A stretch of 64,000 bases of DNA from Sulfolobales archaeon (GCA_038841535.1 JAWBTQ010000001.1:32001-96000), one strand, 5' to 3'; positions 1 to 10,249 are shown, counted from the stretch's first letter. The notes: a model not told the origin generated them from the sequence alone. Numbers and translations are program-made.

Positions 1-161
1 ACGAGCTTTCAATGAATTCAGTTGAGTTACATGGGGGTTTGTAAAAGTCCACGTATTTACTTAAGTCTTTGAGAGGTTCCAGTGAAGTCCTGGTCAACGC
101 GTTTCATGCCGCACCTAGAACTTCGCTAGCTAAACCTTATGATAGTATGTGGTAACAAGTA

Positions 162-1646
162 GTGTTCGCGTCCCCGCTTTACTCCCGTAAACAGCTAATG
201 TGCTTATTATTAGCAAGTACTAAGATGAAGAGGGTACGCTTAGTGACCACTAAGGGTATTACACTTGGTGTTGAGGGACTAAGTGAGCTCATCGGAGTAG
301 TCGAAAGTCCTTATGTCTTGCTTGTTGCCGGCAACCCCGGTGCCGGGAAGACAACGCTTGCTTCCACGATTTGCTATAAAAACGCTCTATCCGGTAAAAG
401 GTGTCTCTATATAACATTCTATGAACAGAAAGAGAAGTTATTTAAGTACATGTCGAACCTAGGTCTGGACCTCGCAGATGCGGAATCCAAAGGGTTACTG
501 AGGTTTACTAGGCTTTCGATCCCATCAAGTATCGATGCTTTCATTGAGGTCTTTACTTCGTTGTTGTCGGAGGAGCGATACGATGTTATAGTGATCGACT
601 CGATTAATCCACTACTCGAGAGTTTTGGACCTCAAAGCGGTAGGGCCTGGCTCACTAACTTCTTCTACAACATAGCGCAAACTATTCAAGGATTTCTGAT
701 ACTAGTAAGCGAGCTTCCTCACGGTTCTGAGACGACGGCGTCTGGGGTACTCGAATTTATAACTGATGCCATCGTGGTGTTGAAGCAGAAAATCGAGGAT
801 AGGTTCTTAGTTAGATTTATGGAGATCAGGAAAGCCAGGGGGTCAAGTATATCTCTAGCAGAAGTACCGTTCTCGATTAATGCGGGTGAGGGTATCCGTG
901 TCTGGGTCCCTCCGGTACTAAGTGAGGTATCTCCAGAAAGAGAGCCAGTAGAGCTAGTGTGCGACCTTTTAAGGAAAGCGTGGGGGAACATTAGGAAAGG
1001 GCAAGTTATCAACATATTCTATCCCCCGGACTGTAGACACCCTGCCATGGCTTTCCCAATACTTCTACCAGCTCTGATCTCTAGGCTCAAAACGTTAGTC
1101 ATTAGCTACAGGTATTCACCGCAAACCCTCGAGGACACCCTTCTCGCATCCCTTATTAGTCGTGGAGTGAGTACAGACAATATAAGAAACTTACTTAGAA
1201 AGTATGTTAAAGTAGTAAGCATTAATCCGTTTAGCTATAGCACTAGCCAGCTCGCTATCAAGGAGATGGAATTAATAAACAGTGAGAGTCCTGATGTAGT
1301 AATATTTCATGGACCTGAGATAGCGAGAGCAGCATCTGATTTAAATACGTACGTGAGAGAACTGTTCAACGAGACTAATTACTTAAAGAATAGGGGCATA
1401 CTCGTCGCGAGGTTAATAAGCTACATAGATGAAACTACCTACAGATTAGAGTCGAGCATGGCTGATATCGTTATGAAGCTTGACTACGAAGTTTTGAACG
1501 GTAAGCCGGTGCTGACTGTATACCTTTGGAGTAAGGGCGGGGACCCACACATCGTATCGTTAAACGAGCTAGAGAAGTGCGTTCTAGAGGCTTACGCCAC
1601 CATTAAAGTAGCAGATAACTCCTCGCAGAGCCCCGGAAGAGCTTAG
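162..1646 (+). CDS. KaiC/RAD55-like RecA-superfamily ATPase with two domains, the second degenerate; true start probably 226 or 244
   Basis: Walker A GNPGAGKT, Walker B VIVIDS and KaiC-type IRKARG motif in domain 1. Domain 2 lacks an intact Walker A. Confidence 0.8.
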   Translation: MFASPLYSRKQLMCLLLASTKMKRVRLVTTKGITLGVEGLSELIGVVESPYVLLVAGNPGAGKTTLASTICYKNALSGKRCLYITFYEQKEKLFKYMSNLGLDLADAESKGLLRFTRLSIPSSIDAFIEVFTSLLSEERYDVIVIDSINPLLESFGPQSGRAWLTNFFYNIAQTIQGFLILVSELPHGSETTASGVLEFITDAIVVLKQKIEDRFLVRFMEIRKARGSSISLAEVPFSINAGEGIRVWVPPVLSEVSPEREPVELVCDLLRKAWGNIRKGQVINIFYPPDCRHPAMAFPILLPALISRLKTLVISYRYSPQTLEDTLLASLISRGVSTDNIRNLLRKYVKVVSINPFSYSTSQLAIKEMELINSESPDVVIFHGPEIARAASDLNTYVRELFNETNYLKNRGILVARLISYIDETTYRLESSMADIVMKLDYEVLNGKPVLTVYLWSKGGDPHIVSLNELEKCVLEAYATIKVADNSSQSPGRA

Positions 1647-1748
1647 TACGAAAGTTGAGCTCATACTTTCTCTAACTGTGACTCAGACCTTCGGAGGAGG
1701 GTAGAGCTTGAGCTTAACTCCTTATTACAGTGCTTTACTAGTAAGTTT

Positions 1749-2393
1749 TTGATATCGGGGTTGAATGAGGGCATTGAGGCACCTAACTGCGCTAGATGTA
1801 GACTTAAGTCCTGCTACAAGAACCCTGAGACACCTAAACCGAGTTTTTGTCCTATGATACGTTATCGGGGTCTAGTTGAGCGTAGTATGAGTATGTATAG
1901 TGATGAAGTGAGGAGAGTCCATAGAGCTGCTTCTCTAGTAGAAAGAGAGGGCTACTGTGTTTGGCCACGGCTCCGCGAGGTCGTGGAGTTTGCCCGCAAG
2001 CTTGACGTAGAGAGGCTCGGGGTGGCGTTCTGTATCGGGTTAAGTAGTGAAGCCGAGTACGTTGTTAACTACCTCGAGAGTAGAGGATTCAAGGTATACT
2101 CAGTTTGCTGTAAATGCGGTGGTGTGGACAAGACGTGGATGGAGTTGAGGGAAGAAGATAAGCTAACTCCCGGGTCACACGAGTCCATGTGTAACCCAGT
2201 AGTTCAAGCAGAAATTCTAAACTTTGTAGGTACAGAGCTGAACATAGTCCTAGGGCTTTGCGTAGGTCACGACACGCTGTTCATAAAGTACTCAAAAGCA
2301 CCAGTAACATACCTAGCAGTTAAGGATATAGTAACAGGACACAATCCCCTAGCAGTCATTTACGTTAGCAACTACTTTAAGTTGAGGCTGTAA
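1749..2393 (+). CDS. DUF1847-family Cys-rich metal-binding protein
   Basis: Motifs AFCIGL, VCCKCG, MCNPVVQAEILN, GLCVGHD and KDxVTGHNPLA. Confidence 0.8.
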   Translation: MISGLNEGIEAPNCARCRLKSCYKNPETPKPSFCPMIRYRGLVERSMSMYSDEVRRVHRAASLVEREGYCVWPRLREVVEFARKLDVERLGVAFCIGLSSEAEYVVNYLESRGFKVYSVCCKCGGVDKTWMELREEDKLTPGSHESMCNPVVQAEILNFVGTELNIVLGLCVGHDTLFIKYSKAPVTYLAVKDIVTGHNPLAVIYVSNYFKLRL

Positions 2394-2652
2394 GGGTGGG
2401 AACTCGCTATACAGCACCATAGACCACTATCTCTTTTAAAAATCCTGCCGTAGTGTGAAGTAGTCTAGAAGTCCGAGTAAAGTTATCTAGAGCAATGTCA
2501 CTTAAATTCTACATGTAAAGAATGTATGAGCACGAATTACAGACTACAGACTTCGAAATCAAAGCTTACTTTATAACTGCGTCACACTAAAACGGTCTAT
2601 AGAGGTTTAACTTGTCTCTACTTTTCGTGATTCGCTGAAGTTTTAAGTAGAG

Positions 2653-3612
2653 CTAGTTGTGGAAGTCCCTGATGATAAAATCTTCGTTTCCGTAAGTAAC
2701 TATGCGGATTTCTCCCTCTTTTCTCAGCTTTTCTATTAATGCCAGCGGGTTCTCAACGGTTCTCTCTAAAGCTTTAACTGCGTAACTAAGTCTTAATGGA
2801 TGTACTGAGACAAGGTTTAACAGCCACATCTCAGGGTCTCCGTAAACTCTGTACCCGGAGGGCTCTGGGAGATTTAGTAGTTCCACCCTATCCTCACCGA
2901 GTGTTTTAGTAAATATCTCATATGCCTCTACTATCTTATTCAGTTGTGGAGGTCTAGCGTAATCCTCGGCGGGAGGTCTCACTGGTACCGCTATGTAGGC
3001 CTTTACAGGGTTGATCTTCTTAATGTAACTCGAGACTTGCTCTAGCTCTTCCGCGTTCGTGTTAAATCCCTCTATGAGCATAGTCTCAGTCACAAGCCTC
3101 CCCTTAAAGCTCTTCGCGAACTCCTCTATTCCAGCCAGAACGTTCTCTAGCTTTAAATTAGGATGCGGCCTGTTCACTACTCTCCAGGTTCTACAGAGTA
3201 CACTGTCAATCTTGATTGACACCAAGTCCGCATAAGCTATATCCACTCTGGCTTCCTCTAGATGGAGCAGGGACGAGTTCGTAATTACTGCTACAGGCTT
3301 ACTAGTTACTTCCTTTATTCCACCGATAATCTCCCCAATACGCATATCGAGCAGTGGCTCTCCGTCCGGAACGAAGGTAACGTAGTCTACTTCATTAGTG
3401 AATCTATCGATAAACGTGCGTACTTCGTTAACGACGTGCCTTACCTCGAAGAAGGGTCTTCTCTCTATAGTTAGGTCTGTAGTCCTCCCCAGCTGGCAGT
3501 ATATACAGGAATAGCTGCAGGTCTTATAGGGAACGTTGTTTACTCCTAAGCTAATGCCTAATCTCCTAGAGCGGACAGGTCCAAAGACATACTTTAATCT
3601 CCGGAAATTCAC
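2653..3612 (-). CDS. Radical SAM Fe-S oxidoreductase
   Basis: FGPVRSRRLGISLGVN followed by CSYSCIYC (CxxxCxxC) and GEP. Confidence 0.85.
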   Translation of the reverse strand: MNFRRLKYVFGPVRSRRLGISLGVNNVPYKTCSYSCIYCQLGRTTDLTIERRPFFEVRHVVNEVRTFIDRFTNEVDYVTFVPDGEPLLDMRIGEIIGGIKEVTSKPVAVITNSSLLHLEEARVDIAYADLVSIKIDSVLCRTWRVVNRPHPNLKLENVLAGIEEFAKSFKGRLVTETMLIEGFNTNAEELEQVSSYIKKINPVKAYIAVPVRPPAEDYARPPQLNKIVEAYEIFTKTLGEDRVELLNLPEPSGYRVYGDPEMWLLNLVSVHPLRLSYAVKALERTVENPLALIEKLRKEGEIRIVTYGNEDFIIRDFHN

Positions 3613-4014
3613 GAAGAATTCTCACCCGATACTTACATGTACTCTAGGACCAGTTCTACTAAACATGCTACAGATTTATCCGCAAGCTCCTCGGCGTATT
3701 TCCCAGCACTTATCAACCTGAGAGTCCTGTATGCGGTGTGAGCACGTAATACGCTTGAGGCTGGTCCTAAAGGTCTCTCAGTAAGCATCCTGAGGCTCTC
3801 CCAATTAATCTATTTTAGCTATTATACTTAAGCAACAATCTCGGTTCCACTCTGGTAGGCAAGTCGTTAAAGCTATACGTGCTCAAGCGGTGTTCTTAAC
3901 TCCTTTAGACGCATTGAGTCTCTAAAGTTTACGGAATCGCGCATAGATGTTTTACTTCAAAGAGCTACCAAGGGCTGTCGGCATTATGAAGTTACTGAGG
4001 GTTGAGTAAAGTCT

Positions 4015-5058
4015 CTACTTTCCTTTATACCCCATAAGCTTCTTTTCCCAAGTTCTCCACGCTCTATAGAGCTCGTCTTCAACGTATACGTCGCCGAGTT
4101 TTTCTATGAACCCGTTCTCTCTATTCACTACAACTAGGCTCTCAGATCTATCTCCTACGTAGCCTATTACACTAGCTTCTATACCAGCTTTTTTCAATAT
4201 TTCAACTGCTTCTTCAGCTGCTTGAGGCGGGACTGTAGCTATGAGTGTCCCAGAACTTATGAGCTTCATCGGATCGAGCCTCAGGGCCGACACTATAGCC
4301 AGAGTTTCTTCCCCTACACTCACTTTCTCCTCTTGAACGTACAGGGTCTTACCAGATGCGTAAGCTATCTCAGCAAGCCCACCGAGTAATCCACCTTCAG
4401 TTGGATCGTGCATTGAGGTAACTAGTCCGGCTTCAGCAAGAAGTAGAGCTTCTCTAACAACACTCACTCTCCTAATGAACTCGATACCTCGCTGAATAAC
4501 GCTTCTAGGAACACCTAAATCTAGGAGGACCTCTCGAAAGTCTGAAGATAGTATGGCAGTACCTTCGATAGCAGCTGTCTTAGTCATGATTATAGCGTCA
4601 CCTACTCTAGCGCCTCCAGTAGTTACGTATCTACCCTTCTCAGCTATTCCTATAGCAGTCATCGATATCAGGGGTCTAGAGAGGCCTGGTGTAACCTCTG
4701 AGTGCCCTCCGATAATAGCTACACCGACTTCCTTAGCTGCTTTGTCTATCTGGCTAGTTATCTCGTCTACTAACTCCTCAGTAGTATTCTCAGGCAAGTA
4801 GAGAACAGAGAGAAGCCATCGAGGCTTTACTCCCCTTACCGCGATATCATTGCAGGAAATATGAACAGCTAGCCAGCCAAGGAACTCAACAGCTCCTGTA
4901 ATAGGGTCTACGTGTGTTACTAAAACCCGCCCACCACCGATGTCAACGATAGCGGCGTCTTCACCAATTGAGGGACCGACGAGGACGGAAGGATCCCTAA
5001 CACCGACTCTACTAATAACGTACTTCAACAGCATCCTAGGCGGTAGTTTTCCAGCCAC
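4015..5058 (-). CDS. AIR synthase-related (PurM/HypE-like) protein
   Basis: GEDAA, NDIAVRG, GGHSE and MHDPTEGG motifs. Confidence 0.85.
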   Translation of the reverse strand: MAGKLPPRMLLKYVISRVGVRDPSVLVGPSIGEDAAIVDIGGGRVLVTHVDPITGAVEFLGWLAVHISCNDIAVRGVKPRWLLSVLYLPENTTEELVDEITSQIDKAAKEVGVAIIGGHSEVTPGLSRPLISMTAIGIAEKGRYVTTGGARVGDAIIMTKTAAIEGTAILSSDFREVLLDLGVPRSVIQRGIEFIRRVSVVREALLLAEAGLVTSMHDPTEGGLLGGLAEIAYASGKTLYVQEEKVSVGEETLAIVSALRLDPMKLISSGTLIATVPPQAAEEAVEILKKAGIEASVIGYVGDRSESLVVVNRENGFIEKLGDVYVEDELYRAWRTWEKKLMGYKGK

Positions 5059-5185
5059 ACTTAAACACCGAGTAAGGACGGTGTTATAAGAAAAAGAGCT
5101 CGCTGAACTGTACCAGAATAAGAAAAAGAGTACTTAAATCAACCGCTACCGCACATATCGATTAACAAGAGTCCGGGCCTCTCGC

Positions 5186-5487
5186 AACTGTTTGTGTTTC
5201 TTATCGGTTCATATCGGTTGGTGCTATTCCTCCTACGATTAATGCGTAAACCTCTTTTCCGCGGTCTAGCGGAAACGTTCATAAGTATCTCTACATAGGT
5301 TAGTGAGTGGAGACTCCCCGATGAGGGGTTGAGAGCTCCCTAGGGGCTCTCCCCGAGATACTCAAGATGCGGGGCGCCCGTGGTCGCCCTAAACCCCCTA
5401 AGCCCTATGAAGACCCGAGCGGAGTGCGGGGGAACCAGGATAATGCAATGAATTCAACCAATATAAACTAACATAAGAGCTGAACCC
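5186..5487 (+). mobile_element. Non-autonomous TnpB mini-element, copy A (left end, promoter, leader hairpin, tnpB 3' end/omegaRNA scaffold, right end)
   Basis: Colinear similarity to 28249..28529 (AACTGTTT..TTCATATC; GAAACGTTYATAAG; GATGAGGGGTYGAGAGC; GGCTCTCCCCGAGATACTCAAGATG..GACCCGAGCGGA..GAGCTGAACCC). The 3' part reads RYSRCG, like crenarchaeal TnpB tails. Confidence 0.7.
5272..5285 (+). promoter_or_regulatory. BRE/TATA-like promoter of mini-element A
   Basis: GAAACGTTCATAAG, homologous to GAAACGTTTATAAG at 28294 and GAAACTCTTGTAAG at 9803. Confidence 0.5.
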
Positions 5488-5551
5488 CAAAGAGCTACCT
5501 TAGCTGATACCCGACGCTACTTGATGTCTCAAAGAGCTACGCATACTCAGC

Positions 5552-6754
5552 TTAAACTACCTGCTTCAGTGTTGAGTCCACCTCATCAGAGAACTCTTCT
5601 TGGTACGTAATTATCGCTCTATCTCCAGGGTTTAAAGTCATTCCTCTCGCTAGTGGGTAGGCAATCCAGGCATCACCCGACCTAACTGCTAGCACACTCC
5701 CGCCGTACTTCCTTAAGTGCTGACCCAGCTCGGTTATGTTCAGCTGCTTTGTGATTGTGACAGTTCTAACCCTCTCCCCCAGGCTCTCGAATACATTGCT
5801 GAAGAGCTCTCTATAGTCCTTGGGGAACTCTTCTTGAAGGCTCGGTATGCTGCCTATGGTAGTACTGGCGTCAGCTATGTCCTCGAGTTCCTTTAAGAGA
5901 GTAGCTAACCCTATAAAGGTATCTGGGTCTATAGAGCCAGCAGTATTCTTTAGTAAGTCCATGGTCTCCATATGCTTCCAGTCTATGTATATCTCAAGAT
6001 CGTTTATCTCCTCCTTTAGCTCTGGAGTGTGCTCTACTAGTACGTAGTGAGCTAGGTCTAGCATCAGAACAGTACAGTCCTTAATGTTCACTAAGCTCTT
6101 AACTACGTCCTCTAGCTCTCTAACACCGATGATCTCCAACCTGTACTCTACACCGTAGTCGTTAAGTAGGTGTAGAACGTTCTCTTTAAATCCCCTTAAG
6201 TACATCAAGGAGCCTTTTTTAATCACCTCGGTTTGCTTAGGCATGAACCTGTACTCACCGCCTTCAATTACTGCTAGGACGTCCACTGGGTACTTATCCG
6301 TTAAGTCTAGTACTTTAAAGTCTTCCTTAGCCGGTAGCCTAGCAACGACTTCTCCGTCTGCGTAGTGTATAACCTGGTTGTAGCTAATCCCGGGAGACCT
6401 ACCGACTAAGAGTGTATAGACTATGTCTTTCACCGAGTCCGAGATCGTGTCTACCGAAGAACCGTAGTAAAACGAGAGTAAGCTAGCGTACCCTCCTTTC
6501 CTAGACTTCCCGAAAGCCATTGCGTTGTGCATCACGAAGTGACCTACGCTCTCGCTGACGAGTCTGTCGAGGTCGAGTATCTTCATAGCTAGTTCGTAGT
6601 CTCTCGCGAAGTAGGCATAGAAGGCTAGATCTATAGCTATGTTCGTCATCTTCCAGATACCTTCGAGTACGTTTCTAACCGTGTCAGGTCTGTACCTGAC
6701 GACAGGAGGACTCCGGTGGAATCTTCTGTGTACTTCGGGAGTGAGTCTGGACAA
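5552..6754 (-). CDS. PhoU-domain / TrkA-C (RCK_C) regulatory protein
   Basis: Two PhoU-like helical repeats (xxDLAxY ... xxISD/DIADA), each followed by a TrkA-C-like segment. Confidence 0.7.
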   Translation of the reverse strand: MSRLTPEVHRRFHRSPPVVRYRPDTVRNVLEGIWKMTNIAIDLAFYAYFARDYELAMKILDLDRLVSESVGHFVMHNAMAFGKSRKGGYASLLSFYYGSSVDTISDSVKDIVYTLLVGRSPGISYNQVIHYADGEVVARLPAKEDFKVLDLTDKYPVDVLAVIEGGEYRFMPKQTEVIKKGSLMYLRGFKENVLHLLNDYGVEYRLEIIGVRELEDVVKSLVNIKDCTVLMLDLAHYVLVEHTPELKEEINDLEIYIDWKHMETMDLLKNTAGSIDPDTFIGLATLLKELEDIADASTTIGSIPSLQEEFPKDYRELFSNVFESLGERVRTVTITKQLNITELGQHLRKYGGSVLAVRSGDAWIAYPLARGMTLNPGDRAIITYQEEFSDEVDSTLKQVV

Positions 6755-6863
6755 TACACCATCCTCATTAATAACTAGTGTTACAGGTTTTAAACGTAGT
6801 GAGTGAGCTTATTTAACTATTCACTTACTCGATAGAAGGAGTAGGTGGAGGAAAATTGCCAGG

Positions 6864-8000
6864 TTGAGAGAATTCATAGTATCTCTGGTTACGCTGGCGC
6901 TCATCGAGGTTTTCGCCGGGCTATCACTAAAGTTCAATGTCGAGCTACTTGTCGCATACTCTGTCGTACTGATCCTAATACCGGGGCTCATGGACTTAAG
7001 GGGGGATGTTTACGGTGCTATAGGTTACCGCTTCACTAAAGGGCTTCACTTAGGCCTCACTCAACCGAAGTTACTGAATAGGTTCAACTTAATTAACGCT
7101 TCGACAGGCTACGTAAACTCGATTGTAGTGACGTTCCTCCTGTGCTTAATCGGTGTGGGGCTATCTCTAGTGAGTAAGTTGAGCATGCCGGACTTCCTAT
7201 CCCTAATCTTCATAGCCTCATTCTCAACTGTCTCAGTATTCGTTGTACTGACACCAGTTATACTGGCTGTAATCGCCTACATGTTTAAGCTCGGTCACGA
7301 CCCCTCACCCTTCGTGGCAACGGTTGTTACAGGTATCGGAGACGTTATGACTCCTGTAGTCTTGATAGGTGTTGCCTACATGCACGAGCTGTTCCCCTAC
7401 TTCCTCAAAGCTCTATTCGTACTGGCCTCCCTAGGTTTGACGGTAGCACTAACAGCATACATGGTTAGAGTCGGAGAGTTAAAGAACCTCATCGAGAACC
7501 TCGTTTCGTCGACACTAGCGTCTACTGGGAGTAGTCTCGGAGGCTTCTACCTAGCTCTGTCGGTGGGTTTCATCGCCGAGAACCCGGAGATTCTGGGAGT
7601 AATACCAGCCTTTAACGCAGTAATAGGGGCCGCAATGGGCTACCTCAGCAACTCCCTTAACGTAGACTTACACATAGGTACAGACAGATATAGGAATACT
7701 TACTACAGAAACTCTGTTGCGGGACTTATGGCGACACACGCATCAGTACTAACGGCGTTAGCTGCTGTCACTATCTTCTCCAAAAGCGCTCTATCGAGGG
7801 CTCTAACCATCGCCCTCGGTGTAGCTCTATCCTGCTTAATACTGTATTTGGTATCAACTCTAATAACGTACTTACTGACAGTGGTATCGTTCCACCACGG
7901 CTGGGACCCTGATAACTTAGTCTTTCCAGTAATGACTACGTTTGTAGACCTCATGGGGCCTGTAATACTCACTGTTATAGCCATCCACCTACTGCCCTGA
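6864..8000 (+). CDS. MgtE/SLC41-type magnesium transporter (integral membrane part)
   Basis: Duplicated motifs PGLMDLRGD/PAFNAVIG and GHDPS/GWDPDN..PVMTTFVDL; multiple TM segments. Confidence 0.8.
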   Translation: MREFIVSLVTLALIEVFAGLSLKFNVELLVAYSVVLILIPGLMDLRGDVYGAIGYRFTKGLHLGLTQPKLLNRFNLINASTGYVNSIVVTFLLCLIGVGLSLVSKLSMPDFLSLIFIASFSTVSVFVVLTPVILAVIAYMFKLGHDPSPFVATVVTGIGDVMTPVVLIGVAYMHELFPYFLKALFVLASLGLTVALTAYMVRVGELKNLIENLVSSTLASTGSSLGGFYLALSVGFIAENPEILGVIPAFNAVIGAAMGYLSNSLNVDLHIGTDRYRNTYYRNSVAGLMATHASVLTALAAVTIFSKSALSRALTIALGVALSCLILYLVSTLITYLLTVVSFHHGWDPDNLVFPVMTTFVDLMGPVILTVIAIHLLP

Positions 8001-8253
8001 AGCTGAGGCAGGTTACTAAGATCACTTGATCTCTTCAACTAGAACTATAGAGAGTATGTACTTAAGGAGCTTCCTAGATCAAAGGACACTCGATCTATTA
8101 TGTGTATTCCTCTCTAAACCAACTATACAAAAAGTTGCTGAACGTGCTTTCCGCAATATCTTTCCACAATAATAGGTTAGTCGTTAAAGCAAAGGATGTA
8201 TGAGGTGCTATGTAATCTGTGGGCAGGGATTTAGTAGAGAAGAGAACTTGGGT

Positions 8254-8327
8254 TTACTCGAAGTTCGCCTTGAGAACTCTAATAACGTTTTCGTATGCTA
8301 CTTTTCTAAGGTCCCCTTCTGAGAACC
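8254..8327 (-). pseudogene. C-terminal remnant of a membrane dipeptidase (M19)-like gene at the tnpB insertion site
   Basis: Immediately after the element end it reads (G)FSEGDLRKVAYENVIRVLKANFE*, resembling M19 C-termini. Confidence 0.45.
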
Positions 8328-8455
8328 GTTTCCAGCCCCAAGTTTTTGTAGGTTTTTCTAGGACGGGTTGTGCCTCAGCCCTGCGGTTCACTGTGGCTAC
8401 TAGCCACTCTACGCGGGGGTCATGGGCACCGTTCGAGCCCAACGGCACGGGGCTC
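8326..8455 (-). ncRNA. Putative omegaRNA/reRNA scaffold overlapping the tnpB 3' end
   Basis: This segment is conserved in a separate copy at 9864..9991, and both copies end at GGAAACGG. Confidence 0.6.
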
Positions 8456-9463
8456 ACATCCAGTTTTAGGGCTATGTTCCATGCTCCTATTACGTCTCTG
8501 TCGTGTGTGAATCCGCATTTGCCGCATTTTACGGGTCTGGGGCTCCAGCCTCTCCTCTGGGCATTGCCCGTCATTGGAGACAGGCTGGAGCCGTACAGGA
8601 CACTTCCTGGATGTGTTCCTCGGATCTACGAACTCTACTCTTACACCGTGTTCTACTGCTTTCTCTACTAACTGCTTCTGGATCCCTCTGATGACTGATT
8701 GTTTGAGTCTATGGGCATCTAGTGGTCTTAATCTTAATCCATTCTTCTCCAGTGCTCTATCCTGGAACCTCTTGGGAAGCTTCTCCAGAACAACAACAGC
8801 TCTTTCCTCCTTAGCTACCTTAACCAGGAAAGATGCAACCTTGCTCCTCAAGTCTCTTTTGGCATGCTCCTCTCGTAGCTTCCTCAAAGCTATCCTGAGA
8901 GACCTCGTGTTGTTTCCGTACCTCTCCTGGATAGCTCTTCTCCTGTAGGCATAGCCTAGAACTATTTTGCTGTGGTTGGTTACTATTGTTATTGCTTTGT
9001 TGCCGGGGAGTATGAAGAGAGTTACGTTGTTCTCGTTAATATCCACACCGATAACCTTGCTGTACTTCTCCCCTTGCTCAGCACTCCTGGAGAACACTAC
9101 GTAGAGCTTGAGCTTCCCATTCTCAAGCTTCCACCTACAAGAGCTTCTGAGAACCCACCCAGTGTTGTAGTACATGTAGAACTGCTTGTGGAGAAGCAAA
9201 GGTATGTTCACCCACCTCACGTGGGTTTCTACCGAGACTCCCTGGAGAGCAAGCTTCCACATCTGGTTATCGCAACCGACATTCCACTGCTTAACCTCCG
9301 GCTTGTCCGTGAAAGCAAGACCCTTCTTCAGCTTGAGGAAGGACTTCAGCCTAGCAGATGCATCACGTACTGCTTCGATTTCTGTTAACATAATAGCCCT
9401 GGTCCATGCCTTCCCAACCAACTCTAGTTCGAGAGAAGCCTCTAGGAAAGGTTTGTGGAAGCG
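8326..9463 (-). mobile_element. tnpB: tnpB (RNA-guided endonuclease, IS607/IS605 superfamily), 5'-truncated and frameshifted
   Basis: RuvC motifs GVDINEN, VLEKL and DRDVIGAWNI. The Zn finger TSRKCPV[C]..CGKCG is split by a frameshift at about 8593 between ORFs 8420..9421 and 8254..8574. Confidence 0.9.
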
Positions 9464-9759
9464 TTAGTGGGTGGTCGAGAGAGTAAATAGAGTTGAGAGG
9501 GTGTCTACAAAGCATAAATGAGTTGAAGTTTTCTACTCACTCAAACTCAAGCCTAGGTACTTCTTAAACAGCGTTTTAAGGATTCTGTATACTTCTTCGC
9601 ATCCCCGCCCAGCGTTCTGCGCTTCGAGAGCATGCCGCTTAGGCGAATAGTCTCGACCCTAGCTTCCTCGAAGAGCTGAAAAAGCTTGTACGTCAGAGAA
9701 GCCTCTCTAGACTCTGCTCTTTGAGGAGCTCTTTAGCAATTCCGGGCAGCCTTGAGTAG

Positions 9760-9991
9760 CTACTTCGGGTTTCATATCTTTTCGTATTGGTTGATGTGGA
9801 TTGAAACTCTTGTAAGTATCTCTATACGTAGTGATATGTGGAAGTAACTTGATGAAGAGTCGAGAGCCCCGTGCCGTTGGCTCGAAGAGTGCCACGACCT
9901 CCTCGTGAAGTGGCTGGTAGCCACCGTGAACCGCGGGCAAGAGGTACAACCCGTCCTAGAAAAACCTACAAAAACCTGGGGCGGGAAACGG
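9760..9991 (+). mobile_element. Non-autonomous TnpB mini-element, copy B (same leader as A and C, scaffold matching the adjacent tnpB)
   Basis: TTCGGGTTTCATATC (9764), GAAACTCTTGTAAGTATCTCTA (9803) and GATGAAGAGTCGAGAGCC (9851), followed by an inverted near-copy of 8326..8455. Confidence 0.75.
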
Positions 9992-10150
9992 GGATTCCAT
10001 AGTACTCAAGGACCTAGGAGTAGTTAGATGTATTAAGGTGAGGTGTGGCAGTAGGACTCATATCGGGGGCAGCTAAGAGCGAAGATACTCTTCAACCCAG
10101 ATGAAGATAAACAGTATATCCCGTACTGTATGAGGTCTCCGAGGAGGCTT
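9992..10150 (+). pseudogene. Degenerate N-terminal fragment of another TnpB-like gene
   Basis: Broken frames read DSIVLKDLGVVRCIKVR..THIG and RAKILFNPDEDKQYI..YEVSEE, resembling the TnpB WED region. Recognised from memory only. Confidence 0.4.
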
Positions 10151-10249
10151 CTACGACAGATGTAGCTGGGAGAGATGGGCCGACGACACTTAGAGTGAGA
10201 TAAGCTGATGGAAACAGTCTTTGCTAAATCAAAAATATTTTTATATTTT

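Noticed and set aside
3632-3787. About 51-aa minus-strand ORF upstream of the radical SAM gene
   Set aside because: It has no recognisable motif or clear expression signals.
8585-8600. Programmed frameshift in tnpB
   Set aside because: There is no slippery sequence, a Zn-ligand Cys codon is lost and the gene is also 5'-truncated, so decay is the simpler explanation.
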